Assembly: GCF_009914755.1 (NCBI RefSeq)
Contig: NC_060942.1
Reading direction: 5' to 3' (one strand)
Length of the DNA stretch: 64,000 bases
Source: the human T2T-CHM13v2.0 reference genome, Homo sapiens
The translations under genes were made by a program, and so were the position numbers. How positions within the stretch are numbered: position 1 is the first letter of the stretch; every line of letters starts with the position of its first letter. The notes under the pieces are model-generated. The model saw nothing but the letters and a program-made list of their open reading frames with translations, was not told where the DNA came from and did no database searches. Positions 1-17,830 of this stretch are shown here, one piece after another.

Positions 1-530
1 CCCCAAGTACCTAATAATGAATTTCCTAAAAGATGTACAAGAATTTTAAATTATTGCTGAGATAAAGAAGATAAAATATTTCTTCTTTATAGGAGAAATT
101 TCAAGCCTGGTGAGACACACTGTCTTAATGGTTTGTCTTTGAACAGACAAATCATCTTAATGGTTTTGAAGATTAAATATTATAAACATATCAATTCTCC
201 CCAAATTGGTCATAGATTCAACACACTCTTAGTAAAACTCCCAGCATACTTTTTGTAACAATTGAGTAGCGCGATTCTAAAATTTACACAGACATGCAAA
301 GGAATTTTAATAGCTAAAATAATCTCGAAGAATAATAGAGGAATTACACTACCAGATTTTGAGACTTTATAAAGCTACTGTAATTAAGGTAATGAAATAG
401 TGTCATAAGGGCAGAAAAGTAGACCAAAGGAACAGAACAGAGTATGCAAAAACAGATGCAGACTGTTGGTTATTTGGTTTTTGACAAAAGTGAAAATAGA
501 ATCCAATATAGAAAATGAAGATCTATGTAA
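1..530 (+). mobile_element. Old L1M ORF2 fragment (host of the Tigger1)
   Basis: L1-like text such as 'tcaattctccccaaattggtcatagattcaac' and 'ggaattacactaccagattt'; continues after 4713. Confidence 0.75.
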
Positions 531-599
531 TACAGGCATGCCTTGTTTTACTGTGTTTTGCTTTATTGCAATATTGTATTTTTGTTGTTGTTGTGGGTT

Positions 600-902
600 G
601 TTTTTTTTTTTTGGTGGGGGTGTTTGAGACAGGGTCTCACTTTGTCACCCAGGCTGGAGTGCAGTGGCGCAGTCACAGCTCACTGCAGAGTCAACCTCCC
701 AAAGGCTCAGGTGATCCTCCTACTTCAACTTCCCGAGTAGCTGAAGTTCATGCCACCACATCCACCTAATTTTTGTATTTTTTGTAGAGATGGGGTTTCA
801 CCATGGTGACCAGGGTGGTCTTGAACTCCTGGGCTCAAGCAATCCTCCCACCCTGGCCTCCCAAAGTGCTGTGAATACAGGCATGAACCACTGCATCTGG
901 CC
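600..902 (-). mobile_element. Alu (AluJ-like)
   Basis: Antisense dimeric Alu inside Tigger1. Confidence 0.9.
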
Positions 903-1963
903 TGTTTCTTTTGTTTGTTTGTTTTTTCTGCAAGTTGACTGTTCATGGCAACTCTGTGTTGAGCAAGTCCATTGGTACCATTTTCCCAACATCATGTGCT
1001 CACTTTGTGTCTCTGTGTCACATTTTTGTAATTCTCTCTATATTTCAAACTTTTTGGTATTATATCTGTTATAGTGATCTGTGATTAGGGATCCTTGACG
1101 TTGCTATTATAATTGTTTTGGGGTGTCATGAATTGCACCCATATAAGACAGCGAACTTAATCAGCAAAAGTTGTGTGTCTTCGGACTGCTCCATTGACTG
1201 CTGCACCTACTGCCGTTTCCTTGTCTCTGTTCATCTCCTTGGGCCTCCCTATTCCCTGAGACAAGACAATATTGAAAGGAAGCTAATAACCCTGTAATGA
1301 CCTCTACATGTTCAAGTGAAAGGAAGAGTTGCACATCTCTTACTTTAGATATATTTTTTGAAATAGGGTCTCACTCTGTTGCCCAGGGTGGAGTAACAGT
1401 GGCATAATCATAGTTCACTTCAGCCTGAACTCCTGGCCTCAAGTGATTCTCCTGCCTCAGTCTCCCAAAGCGCTGGCATTACAGGTGTGAGCCACCAAGC
1501 TGGGTCGGATGTCTCTCACTTTAAATCAAAAGCAAGGAATGATTAAGCTTAGTGAGGAAGGCATGTCAAAAGCTGAAACAGGCCACAAGCTATGTCTCTT
1601 GTGCTAAACAGCCAAGTTGTGAATGCAAAGGAAAAGTTCTTTTTTTTCTTTCTTTCTTTTAAAATTTTTGCTTTTTTTTTTTTTCAGACAGGGTCTCACT
1701 CTGTCACTCAGGGTAGAATACAATGGCATGATCATGGCTCACTACAGCCTCGACCTCCCAGGCTCAAGCCATCCTCCTACCTCCGCCTCCTAAGAAACTG
1801 GGACCACAGGTGCACCCTACCATGCCTGGCTAATTCTTAAATTGTTTGCAGAGATTGGGTCCCACTATGTTGCACAGGCTGGTGAAAGTTCTTGAAGGAA
1901 GTTAAAAGTGCTACTCTAGTAAACACATGAATGATAAGAAAGTGAAACAGACTTATTGCTGAT

Positions 1964-2487
1964 ATGGAGAAAGTTGGAGTGGTCTGGATTGAATATCAAA
2001 CTCTCCGCAACATTCCCTTAAGCCAAAGCCTAATATGTAATAAGGCCCTAATGCTCTTCAATTCTATGAAAGCTGAGAGAAGTAAGGAAGCTGCAGAAGA
2101 CAAGTTTGAAGCTAGTAGAGGTTGGTTCATAAGATTTAAGAAAAGAAGCCATCTCCATACCATAAAAATGCAAAGTGAAGCAGAAAGTGCTGATGGAAGT
2201 TACAGCAAGTTATCCAGAAGATCTAGCTAAGATCATTGATGAAGGAGACAAGACAGCCTGATATTTGGAAAAGATGCCGTCTAGGACTTTCACAGCCAGA
2301 GAGATATCAATGCTTGGCTTCAAAGGACAGGCTGACTCTCTTGGTAGGGGCTAATGCGGCTGGTGACTTTAAGATGAAGCCAATGCTCATTTACCACTCT
2401 GAGAATCTTAGAGCCTTTAAGAATTATGTGAGTCTACTCTGTCTTTGCCTGGATGACAGCACATCTGTTTGCAGCATGGTTTACTGA
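1964..2487 (+). pseudogene. Disrupted Tigger1 transposase (CENP-B-type HTH and start of the DDE domain)
   Basis: ORF fragments [32 protein letters not shown] and [29 protein letters not shown], broken by frameshifts. Confidence 0.88.
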
Positions 2488-2827
2488 ACATTTTAAGCTC
2501 ATTGTTGAGATGTACTGCTCAGAAAAAAAGATTTCTTTAAAATATTACTGTGCATTGACAATGCACCTAGTTGCCCCAGAGCTCTGATGAAGATATACAA
2601 GTTGATTAAAATGTTTTTATGTTAACACAACATTCATTTTGCAGCCCATGGATCAAGGAGTAATTTCCAAGTCTTATTATTTAAGAATTACATTTTGTGA
2701 AAAAAATTACATTTAGTAAGGTTATAGCTGCTATAGATAGTGATTCCTCAATGAATCTGGGCAGAGTAAATAAAACACCTTCTGGAAAGAATTTCCTATT
2801 CTAGATACCATTTGGAACATTTGTGCA

Positions 2828-3262
<435 letters not shown>

Positions 3263-3802
3263 ATTTAAAAAGAATATTTGTGATTCACTGGAGGAGGTCA
3301 AAATATCAACATTAATAGGAATTTGGAAGAATTAGATCCCAACCCTCATGGATGACTTTGAGGGGTTAAGACTTCAGTGGAGGAAGTCATTGCAGATGTG
3401 GTAGAAATAGCAAGAGAACTAGAATTAGAAGAGGATCCTGAAGATATGACTGAATTGCTGCAATTTCATGATCAAACTTGAGTGCATGTGGGGTTGCTTC
3501 TCATGGATCAGCAAAGAAAGTGATTTCTTGAGGTGGACTCTTCCTGGTGAAGTTGCTGTGAACATTGTTGAAAACATTGAATCGCAATGAAGAATTTAGA
3601 ATATTATATAGACTTAATTGGTAAAGCAGTGGGCAGCAGGGTTTGTGAGAGGACTGACTCTAACTTTGAAAGAAGTTCTACTGTGAGTAAAATGCTATCA
3701 AATAGCATCACATGCTACAATGAAACCATTTGTGACAGAAGAGTCAATTGATGTAAACTTCATTGCTGTCTTAAGAAACTGCCATAGCTCCCCCAGCCTT
3801 CA

Positions 3803-4508
<706 letters not shown>

Positions 4509-4712
4509 ATAATGCATTTTTAAATTAAGGTATGTACATTGGTTTTTAAGACTTAATGCTACTGCACACTAAATAGACCGCAGTATAGTATAAACATAAA
4601 TTTTAGATATGCACTGGGAAACCAAAAAAATAGTATGGCTTGCTTTATTGCAACATTCACTTTATTGTGGTGGTCTGGATCTGAACCCTCAGCGTCTCTG
4701 AGGTATGCCTGT

Positions 4713-6300
<1,588 letters not shown>

Positions 6301-7222
6301 AACAAACAAGTCTCACTGGTTGCAGTGATCATGTTTTACTTTCATAATTTTCAACAGGAATATAATCAGCAAAATTGATTTTAATGGGAAAGCCACAAGA
6401 GAAAGAGAGAAAGTTCTGGGGATTGCCAAGGAAAAAGCATTTTGGAGATGAACCTCCTTTTTTTTTACCCATTAAAATATGATAATTTAACTTACTTTGT
6501 CTCTTTCCATAGTAACACAAATTATTTTATATTCCACTGGAATATCTTCTTTGAAGTAACTGGTTCCGACCACATGAGGACAGCGTTTGCATGGAAATAT
6601 TTCCTTCAAAGTAGTATAGTGGGAAAACACAGACACACACAAACTTTTTGTATTTAGATGTATTACTGTCTGGAGTGGATTCTGACACTGACCTTCAACT
6701 ATCTTAGTCAATGGAAATTTTAAGTAAGTTACTGTCACAGCAAGTGTTGTGTTAGAATACTGTACTTCATTTTCATTAGTTTCGAGCCACTCAGCATCTC
6801 TATGCTGCAGATGTCAGGAAGGCTCATCTGGACTTTGGTGGTGTTTTTCTTTCAAGCTGTTTCTTTTCTAATAGCTGTTTATGTCAGTTTAGAAAATAAG
6901 TGGTACACATCTGCATCGGGGGAATTACTAAACTGTGATTATTTCACAAGGTTTTGTGACCTTTAGCGTGTATTTTTTTATTAACACCTCTAAGAGGAAA
7001 ATGAAGCACTTTGCCCTCAGGGCTGGAAGAGAGATCTGCCACTTGGTTCTGGTTAGATTTTCCACTACACTGTTTTTTGACCCAACACCAGATTCCACCC
7101 ACTTTGTAAAAAAGTGGAAAGAAATGAATAGTTTCCTGTTTTGAAGTTAGCACCAGACCTATACTAGATTTTCAGCACTGATGGCAACAAATTATACACC
7201 GGGAGTTTAAGATAGCATTTTG

Positions 7223-7548
<326 letters not shown>

Positions 7549-7722
7549 TTAGCTCACTGCCTTGTAGTTGAATGTCTTCCCTAATGAAAATAAACCTGAT
7601 CAATCTATTCCCCAGCTGAAAATCCTTCAGTGGTTCCAAATGGCTTTCAAGACCTAGTTAATTCTGTGTTCAAAACTGTTTATAAATCACCCGTGCCTAA
7701 CCGTTCAGTCTTATATTCATAT

Positions 7723-8010
7723 TAGCCCAGCATGGTGGCTTATATCTGTAATTCCAATGCTTTGGGAGGTGGGAGGATTGCTTGAGGCCAGGAGTTTGAG
7801 ACTAGCCTGGGCAAATAGTAAGACCCTGTCTCTACAAAAAAACTTTTTTAAAATTAGCCAGGCATGGTGGTGCCTGCTTGTAGTCACAGCTGCTTAGGAG
7901 GCTGAGGCAGGAGGATCGCTTGAGCCCAGGAGTTTGAGGCTGCAGTGAGCAATGGTTGCACCACTTCACTCCAGCCTGGATGACAGGGTGAGATCCTGTC
8001 TCAATTTAAA
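7723..8010 (+). mobile_element. AluJ
   Basis: J-type text 'aggatcgcttgagcccaggagtttgaggctgc'; TSD tatattcatatta. Confidence 0.88.
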
Positions 8011-8223
8011 AATATATATATTCATATTAATAAGTTACTATATGCTAAGCACACATCACATGCCATCATTATGTTTCATATTTTATATACATGATCTCAT
8101 TTATTCCTTGTTTTTAAAGATACTGTTTGCAAATTGGGAAACTAAGACTCAGAATTTAAAATATCTCTACACAAACTGGGATTTGCACTTGGGTGTGTAC
8201 TGCTCCAAAGTCATAACTATATA

Positions 8224-8551
8224 CAGTCATTTGCTGTACAATGATATGCAGATATGTATATTTTGTATATGTGTAATATATGATGGTCCCATAACATTAT
8301 TATACCATACTTTTACTATACCTTTTCTATATTTAGATAGGTTGAGATGTACACTTACCATTGTGTTACAATTGCCTATGGTATTCAGTACAGTAGCATG
8401 CTGTAGTCATAGGCTATTCTATATAGCCTACATGTACAGTAGGCTCTACCATCTAGATTTGTATAAGTATGCTCTAGGATATTTGCACAACAACATCACA
8501 TAACAGTGCATTTCTCAGAACGCATCCTCATTGCTAAGCAACACGTGACTA
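8224..8551. mobile_element. Tigger3a/Golem-type non-autonomous DNA transposon
   Basis: TA|cagtcat ... gtgacta|TA ends; internal 'cttaccattgtgttacaattgcctatggtattcagtacagta'. Confidence 0.8.
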
Positions 8552-8726
8552 TATTATACTTTTCTCATCTTTCCTCTCCTCACACCCATTTACTCACCAG
8601 TCAGTCTCAGCTACTCTCAGTTCCTTTCATACCTAATAACTTTTGCATATGTTTTTGCTTCTTCTTGGAATGTCTTTCTCCTCTCCTGTAACTGGTCAAA
8701 TCCTCCTTTATTTAAGACTCAGCTTA

Positions 8727-9040
<314 letters not shown>

Positions 9041-9499
9041 TTATCCCTCCCTGATCCATTCAGTTCTGTTCATTGCCCCTGCTCTCAGTTACAGAGTCAG
9101 AGTCTTGAGAAGTTTTTCTTAAAATGTGTGTGTGGGAGTGGGGCAGAGGATTGGAGAGGGAATTGCCGATGTTACACTAAAAGAACCATTACCCTAAGCA
9201 ATGTGGAAGTCCATTTTTAGGTTGAACCCCAATAAGGAAGTGATTCTTCTTTCCAAGAGGAGCAAAATAAGTCCATCTCTCTTAACTGAGGGTTAAAGTC
9301 ACTAGGAGAGAGAAAATGCTGATTAAAGTAGTAACTGAAGTTTCCAAGTTAAAGAGAGTTACAGGGCCAAGAGAACAGACAAAGCCATTACTTGGGTTAA
9401 CAAATCAAATAGGAGCCATATTTAAAGGCAAGATTTGAAATGAACTTTAAGCCCTTGCAGACATAAAGACCAAAAGGGCTTTGAAAGTAAGGGGCAACA

Positions 9500-10501
<1,002 letters not shown>

Positions 10502-10796
10502 AAAACTGGAGCTAGACTTTCACTTAGATTTGTAGCATGAATATTGCCTTTCTTATTTAGCTATTGCTTCTTCCTCCTTTTTTCTTTTATTTGCATGTAT
10601 ATCAGTTTTCTAGGTGCTGAGACTCTGGAAATTTCCAGGCTAAATTATGGTTCCATTTTCCTGAGAAGACTTTTTTAAAGATATGGCCTTATTAGTTCCC
10701 ATTTCAAGTATTTTCTTTTTATCATTCATTTTGAAAATGTTATCAGAAAGAATGTAAATCAGCTTTTACCGAGGATGTGCCAAGTACCAGACAACT

Positions 10797-11087
10797 CTTT
10801 TTTTTTTCGAGACAGAGTCTTGCTCTGTCGCCCAGGCTGGAATACAATGAGATCTTGGCTAACTGCAACCTCCGCCTCCTGGGTTCAAGTAATTCTCCTG
10901 CCTCAGCCTCCCGAGTAGCTGGGATTATAGGTGCACGCCACCATGCCCAGCTAATTTTTGTATTTTTTAGTAGAGATGGGGTTTCACCATGTTGGCGAGG
11001 CTGGTCTCTAACTCCTGACCTCATGATCTGCCCGCCTTGGACTCCCAAAGGGCTGGGATTACAGGCATGAGCCACTGGGCCTGGCCC
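10797..11087 (-). mobile_element. AluS
   Basis: Antisense dimer; TSD ccagacaact. Confidence 0.9.
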
Positions 11088-11538
11088 CAGACAACTTTTT
11101 CACATGCCTTTTCTCATTCAATTGCCAGCACAATCCCTATAATGTATTAATATCTCCATTATATAGAGGATGAAATAGATACTGATAGAGATTGAATAAA
11201 CTGGTGGTAAGTGAGGAAGCTGGGATTTGAATAAGATCAAGGCTGATCGTACTACCCCAGGGTTTTCCAAATTTGGATGAGGTATAAATTTTGTTTTAAA
11301 GGAAGACATTTCCACAGACCCCTTCTGTTGACTAAAATTATTTTATGTTTCTTAAATAAACAAGCATAAAACTAGATGTAAACATCTCATGCCTATGGCA
11401 TTTATAAAACCACAGAACTAAATCTAAGTATACAAATTAAATGGGAACAAAGCATCAATAAAATTCAAAATTCAAATTAACGTTACTAATGGGCAATGAA
11501 TATCATTTTGTTGAAATGAAATGGAGGCTCGCAATATA

Positions 11539-11585
11539 TTAGATTGATGCAAAAGTAATTGCGGTTTTCGCCATCACTTTTAATG
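11539..11585. mobile_element. Half MADE1 (Hsmar1-derived MITE)
   Basis: ttagattgatgcaaaagtaattgcggttttcgccat matches one Hsmar1 TIR; the second arm is absent. Confidence 0.75.
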
Positions 11586-11762
11586 TTTAAAGTTTAAAGC
11601 TGTTCTCTACGGCTTGGCATTTCTATCTGCTGTGGGATGATTCCATTTTGACGTTATTATTTTCTCTTTGAACTACTGTGAAAAATCCAAGATTTTTACA
11701 GCACATCGTGATAAAATTTAGCCTCTGCTGGACTCAGATGATTATTTTATTATGAAATCCAT

Positions 11763-12198
11763 TGTTAAAGCAAACTAAATATGGCCTGAGAAGGACTCCA
11801 TACTTCTATATTTGAGTCCTTGTGGATGAACTGCAACCTAACCTAACGTAATTAATTAGTAGACAAGATTAAAAACCTAATTTAGGAGTATGTGCCTGTA
11901 ACAATAGATGAGTCTCGGCCAATCCCAGCGGCTGTGCTTCAACCAGTCATACGCTGCTGAGTGTTCAAACTGTGTTCAAACAAAGTAAACGCCAACCTGT
12001 AACCAATCCAGCTTTTTCTGTACCTCACTGCCGATTCCTGTATGTCACTTTACTTTTTTGTGTCTATAAATCTGTTCTGACCATGAGGCACCCCTGGTCT
12101 GAGTCTGTTGTGATTCTGGGGGCTGCCTGATTGGCGAATCATTCATTGTTCAATGAAACTCCTTTAAATTTAATTTGGCTGAAGTTTTTCTTTTAACA
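11763..12198 (+). mobile_element. ERV1 solo LTR (MER57A-like)
   Basis: TG...CA ends, 4-bp TSD ccat/ccac, two CCAAT boxes and a TATAAA. Confidence 0.82.
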
Positions 12199-12656
12199 CC
12201 ACCTCTGGTCTTGTTTCATTAGTGCATGGTAATAAAAATAGAATTATGTTACTGGAATGTCTACTCCTTGAGGGTGGGTCGTTTGTCTGTCTTTTTCACT
12301 GTCGTTTTCTTAGTATCTATAATAGTGCGTGGCACATAGAAGGTGTTCAGTAAATATTTCCTGACTGTAGGAGTTGATGAATGAAGAAATACTTGGTTCT
12401 AGTACATTGTTATAGGCAAATGCAAGCCCTGAACTCTGGGGGGCAGTAACATTGTCAGATGGTCATCCAGAGGCTTAAACAATGTGTTAATATTGCTGAT
12501 ACAGTGTTCTGAGAAATTAATTATTGATTGATTTCTCTCTGTGATTTTCTTCTACAGCTCTTCCCTTTCTTCCTGCCCCAGCCACTCAAGCAGGTGCTTG
12601 GGTTCTATGCTGATGACCTTGTTGGAGAGATGTGATTGGTCAGAAAAGCAGCAACT

Positions 12657-12985
12657 GGGCTGGGCACGGTGGCTCACACCTGTAATCCCAGCACTTTGGG
12701 AGGCCAAGGTGGACAGATCATTTGAGCCCAGGAGTTCAAGACCAGCTTGGGCAACATGGCAAAACCCCCGTCTCTACAAAAAAAAACACAAAAACTAGCC
12801 AGGCATTGTGGTATGCCCCTGAAGTCCCAGCTACTTGGCAGGCTGAGGCAGGAGGACGGCTTAAGCCCAGAGGTGGAGATTGCAGTGAACCGAGATCACG
12901 ACACTGTACTCCAGCCTGGGTGACAGAGCGAGACCCCATCTCAAAAAATAAATAAATAAAAGTAATTAAAAAAAAGAAGGAAAGA
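12657..12985 (+). mobile_element. Alu (AluJb-like)
   Basis: Full dimer; TSD gaaaagcagc. Confidence 0.9.
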
Positions 12986-14039
12986 AAAAAGAAAAGCAGC
13001 TGTTGCTCGCAAGCTTCTTGGTTTGTGTTCCCTAAATTTCCAGATGATAGGGGCATTTCAGAGTACACCCTTCTTCAGTGTGTTGGTTATCTTCCATTCC
13101 TGCCTCCACACCTACTCTGCATCTCCACCCTTATCTGTGCCCCTGAGGGCTGACCTGTATGAATTGCATAATTGGGCCCTCTTGCCTTTTGGCTTCTGCT
13201 TAGATTTGGTCAGCGGGAGGCACTAGGCTGAGGTTGGAGGGCCACATCTCAGGGGCCACTTGTTTAGACAGATGTCATCCCTCCCACACCACACCCCCAC
13301 GTCCTTTGGTGTTGAGCTCTGTGAAAGGCCATGAAATTGGGACAAAACCCTGGAGATGTGGGGTGAGGGGAAGAAAGAGACCTGAGGTTAAGTTGCCTGT
13401 CCTCCTGGTAGAATGGTAGACTCAAAATTAGAAATTAAGTTTAATTATAGAAAATTATGTATTTACATATATAGATGTGCACGCTGGGATTCATACCTTC
13501 CATGGTTTTGTTTTAAAGGTTATCATTGCAATGGAAATCCAAAACGTAAGAACTGTCGTAGTGATCTCAATGGGCTCCACCCATGAATCCAATCTGAGAA
13601 ACACTACACTACATTATGCGAAACTTTGGGTTATAGCATTCTAAAAGCTGGTTTCTTGTGAGCATGAATAAAAGTTGTGATTAAAAGTTACACTCTGGGA
13701 GGCAGCAAAACATAGTGGATAAGAATAAGAAATCTGGACTCAAAATCCAGCTTTGCTACTTACCAGCACTATGATTTTCAGTGAGTTGCTTAATCTCTCT
13801 GTGCATGTTTCCTCACTTGTAAAACAACACAAAATTTTGAGGATTAAGTAAGATAATATGTGAAAATGACTTAGAATGGTGCGTATGATCTGCTCCCAAT
13901 AACTGCTTTTATAATTATTATTACTATGACTTCAGTAGTCATTCAAGTGTTCCTTTATTTCACTAATGTTTACTTACCACAAACACTGCAACGTGCAGCA
14001 GGAGGTATTCACGCAGACATGAATAAAGCATTCATCTGC

Positions 14040-14455
14040 TTCTAAGCAGCTGGTTACCTGTTCACCAAAAAATCTATTCCTTCTTTTTCTTGGGCATGTA
14101 GCTAGACTACATTTCTAGCACCCTTGCAGGTAGGCATAGCACATAAATGAGTTCTAGCCAATGGTTTGTCAGTAGAAGCTTTTTATATGTCACTTTTGAG
14201 CCAGGGTTTTAAAGAGGCACATATGCCCTCTTCATCCTCATTCTCTTTCTAGATTCTTGATGCAGAAGATGACAAAGCCCTGAGAAATGACAGAACCTGG
14301 GTTCCTGAATCACTATGTGGAAGAGAGCTGTCAAGCAACTAGGAATATCTACCTCACACTGAATTAGGGCAAGAAGTAAACTTCTATTTGTCTTTGAACC
14401 TTATATACTATTATAAGGGTCTGTTTGTTATAGCAACTAGTATCATCCTAATTAC
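14040..14455. mobile_element. Old MaLR (MLT1-type) LTR
   Basis: 'gctagactacatttctagcacccttgcaggtagg' and 'gtctgtttgttatagcaactag'. Confidence 0.55.
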
Positions 14456-15039
14456 TGCATTCTTCTTCTAATTGATGGAACCATGATGGAAAGGGTACAT
14501 ACATTGCAATCACGGATGCTGTCTATTTGGATTCAAATTTTTAGGAGAGTGGGGAAGAAGCTAGAAAAATGGGATCCTTCTACATCTTGTCTTTTTATTG
14601 AAGTCAGACCCCTTTCAGATCCTCCTGATCTCACCATTGTGTCTCACCCTGGCCAGTATTTTCCCCGACCTTTCCTTCATCATTTTCTTTGTTTTTAAGG
14701 CTCCCAGACAGCAGCCTCCTCGGTTCAACCATGAATGGCATCCGCTAAAAGTGCTGACCCCTCTTTAATATCTGGGTCATGCTTTGTGTGTCTTTTTGCA
14801 TTAGTGTGATGAAAAGGACTTCCTTTGGTTCCTTTCCCAAATGATCAATTGGTAATTTGTACAGTAGGTTGAAAGGTTGATCCTGCAAAAGTTCATAAAT
14901 AACATGACTTATTAATCAAAGAAATTTCATAATACACAAGGCATTTACAGTTTCTTTTAAAATAAGATTTGTGATTATTTTTGGAAAATGTTTTAAAATT
15001 CCAGATTAAGTGCACATTTACTTCTTTTTTTTTCTTTTC

Positions 15040-15265
15040 ATACCTTTTATTTTTATTCTAGATTCAGGGAGCACATGTGCAGGTTTGTTACAAGGGTATA
15101 TTGCATGATGCTGAGGTTTGGGCTTCGTTGATCCCATCACCCAGCTAGTGAACACACCACAGTACCCAATAGAAGAATTTTAAGTCCTTCCCCCTCCCTC
15201 CATTGCCCCTTTTGGAGTTCCCAGTGTCTGTTGTTCCCATCTGTATGTCTGTGTGTACCCAAGCA
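15040..15265 (-). mobile_element. L1P 3' end fragment
   Basis: 'acatgtgcaggtttgttacaagggtatattgcatgatgctgaggtttggg'. Confidence 0.8.
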
Positions 15266-15785
15266 CATCTGCTTCTTGAGACAAAATACCTTACTTTCAA
15301 TAAGCACTTTTCTGGAATACAGGGTCTACACCTTTACTAAATGGCAAGAACAGGTAGTGGTTTCCCATACTGTTTTATCACCATCCTCCTGGCTAACTTC
15401 TTATGACATGGACAGGCACCCATGTAGCAAATCTGCATCTGCACCTAGACAGGCCTGTGCAGAGTAGACTTATGTGAACATTGGTTTGGAGGGTACTACT
15501 GTGATTCAGGACAGCTCAGGGAGGCCCGGCATGGTCAGTTCCAGCATGGCCCTGCTCCAGGCTGTCTGGAGGCCTCCCTAAAGGAAGGTGTGGGTGGTGT
15601 CCAGTTCTCTTCTTTCTCCAGGACACAGCCAGTTTGCAACCCTGGCTCAAGAGGTGTAATAACACAACTAAAAGAAAATCATAGGCTCATTTTTACCTGG
15701 AGTTGCCAACTGTCCTGGATTGACTGTTCTCATCTCATAAGCAAGCCTGAATTTCAGAAATATAAGAACTTCGGAAACATTGCAA

Positions 15786-15787
<2 letters not shown>

Positions 15788-15839
<52 letters not shown>
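15788..15839. repeat. (CT)n microsatellite, ~25 units
   Basis: Perfect CT run. Confidence 0.97.
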
Positions 15840-15841
<2 letters not shown>

Positions 15842-16559
15842 CCAAGCCCCTAAACCAAAAGAAGGCAATACTTCTTAAGTTGCTATATGCAGATTCAAGT
15901 ACCTATATTGATAATATTTGCTATCAGGACTTCATTTTACATTTTAAAATAATATGCCACCTCTGAAAAAAATTATTGTTTTGGCAGGTTTTCAGGAAAC
16001 AAATGCTCACCATGTGAGATTTTAGAAAAAAGGAAGGGAAATTAGTCACTCAATACTTTGAAGCATCCAGCAACTTCTAAATCCCTGGAAAAATCAACAC
16101 AAGGCAGACCTCTTGCAGATTTCTTAACTTTTCTCTTCTCCTAGGAGATGCCAGTGTCTCAGCTGGCTGGAACACAATTTGTGAGCCAGGATTGGCCCAA
16201 TCCAAATTGTGGTTTTTCATTCTTCTATAGCAGTGGCTTCCAAATGGGCAATAACAGCCACAGCCTAAAGTGTGCACCTGAAAACTAGGCAGAGTGGGAT
16301 CTGGCACTATAGGCATTTTTTCTGATCTGCTCCATAGAGGGTGTCATGTTCTGGCCAGTCACTAGAGTAGGAGTGACCACCCACTGGGCAAAGAGCTTAT
16401 GGGAGAAACTATGGATTCCACAGCCTCGCATTACTCCCAGGGTAAGTTGCCAAGGAAATGCACAAACTTAAGTACCAAAGAGTCTCACATCACATATCTG
16501 CCCTGAACTTACCACGGCAGGAGAATTAACCAGCTACCTACCACTTACCAGCAGGGTGA

Positions 16560-17830
16560 AAGAGAAAGATCACAGGGTCTTGGTGCTTGCTGAAAATGGA
16601 CTGCTGCTACAATATAGTCCCTCTTGGGGTGGCCCTAAGGAACATGGGCAGAAATGTAAGCTGTACACTTGGTGGTTCACTTTATAAACAGGGAGAAATG
16701 GCCTGAGAACAGATTGGCATGGACTCTGGGGCAAGGATGAATGGCTTGGCTGCTTAAGTGGTCAGGGCCCAGAAGGAACCAGATAGGAAGGTCCGTGAAA
16801 AGAAAATGTAAGGGAGAAGCATGAGGATGAACCTACAGTTGCAGACACAAAGTATGTGTATCTTTGTAACTTAGATTAAATTAATGCCCACCAGGGAGCT
16901 CCCACTATAGAGGAAGCTCTGAACAATAAAGTGGACAGGATGTCTCCTTTTGTGGATGTGGACAGCTAATGCTGAGCCTTCACCATGACACCATTTCTTA
17001 AGGAGACCAGACCAGCCACTTGGTAGCAGATTGATTTCAATTTCACTTTGTCTTTATCAGAATCGATTACCTATGCTGCCCATATGTCTCGGTTAGCACC
17101 CATCCCAGCACTTACAGAATACCCGATTGTAGCAATGGGCACATGGTCATGAGATCCACTGCTCTTATCAGTTATTGGATCAACTGGAAGTAGCTAGTCT
17201 AACAGGAGAGTGGAAAGATTATTTGAAGGCTCAGGTAGGGTGCTAGCTTTGGGGCAATAGCCTGTAGGATTAGGGCACTGTTCTCCAGCAGGTAGTATAT
17301 GCATGAAAACAGTGGCTATGGTGCTATGTTCCTGATAACTAGAACTCACAGGTACAGGAGCTGGGGAGTAGAAGTAGCTTTGGATTCCTTTACAATCACT
17401 GCTTCTCAAGCTTACGGCTTTAGGTTCTGCCATATTCATGGCTCTGGTTCTCACAGGGGAAACCAGGCAGTCGTTGAACTTGAAGCCGTGACTACTGCCA
17501 GGTCCTTTGAAGCTATTCAATGTCAGTGAACAAACTGGCAAAGAAAAGAATTACTACATTGACAGGTGAAATTGACCCTAATTACCAAGAGGAGCTAGGG
17601 CTGCTCTGACATCATGGAGTGTGACTGGAACCTGGGGGACTCAGTGGGGCATCTCTTGGTTCTTCCATGCTCAGGGGATAACAGGAAATGGGAAAGTGCA
17701 ATAGCTGTGGCTCGATGAGGCCAGGCCGAGGCAGCCAAGGACTCAGTGCTGAAGTTCTGGGTCTGCCCATCAGTCAGGCAGCCTGGACTCCCCAGAGTGC
17801 CGGCCAATGGTGAGTGAAATCAAGAATGGC
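16560..17830 (+). mobile_element. Degenerate ERV-L-class internal (pol) remnant
   Basis: Segments resembling ERV-L RNaseH, integrase C-terminus ('..GYGAMFLITRTHRYRSWGVEVA..') and the downstream dUTPase-like region ('ggtgaaattgaccctaattaccaagaggagctagggctg'); no intact ORF. Confidence 0.6.

Noticed and set aside
7952-8503. 183-aa hydrophobic ORF
   Set aside because: Starts in an Alu and crosses a Tigger3a-type MITE; no domain is recognisable.
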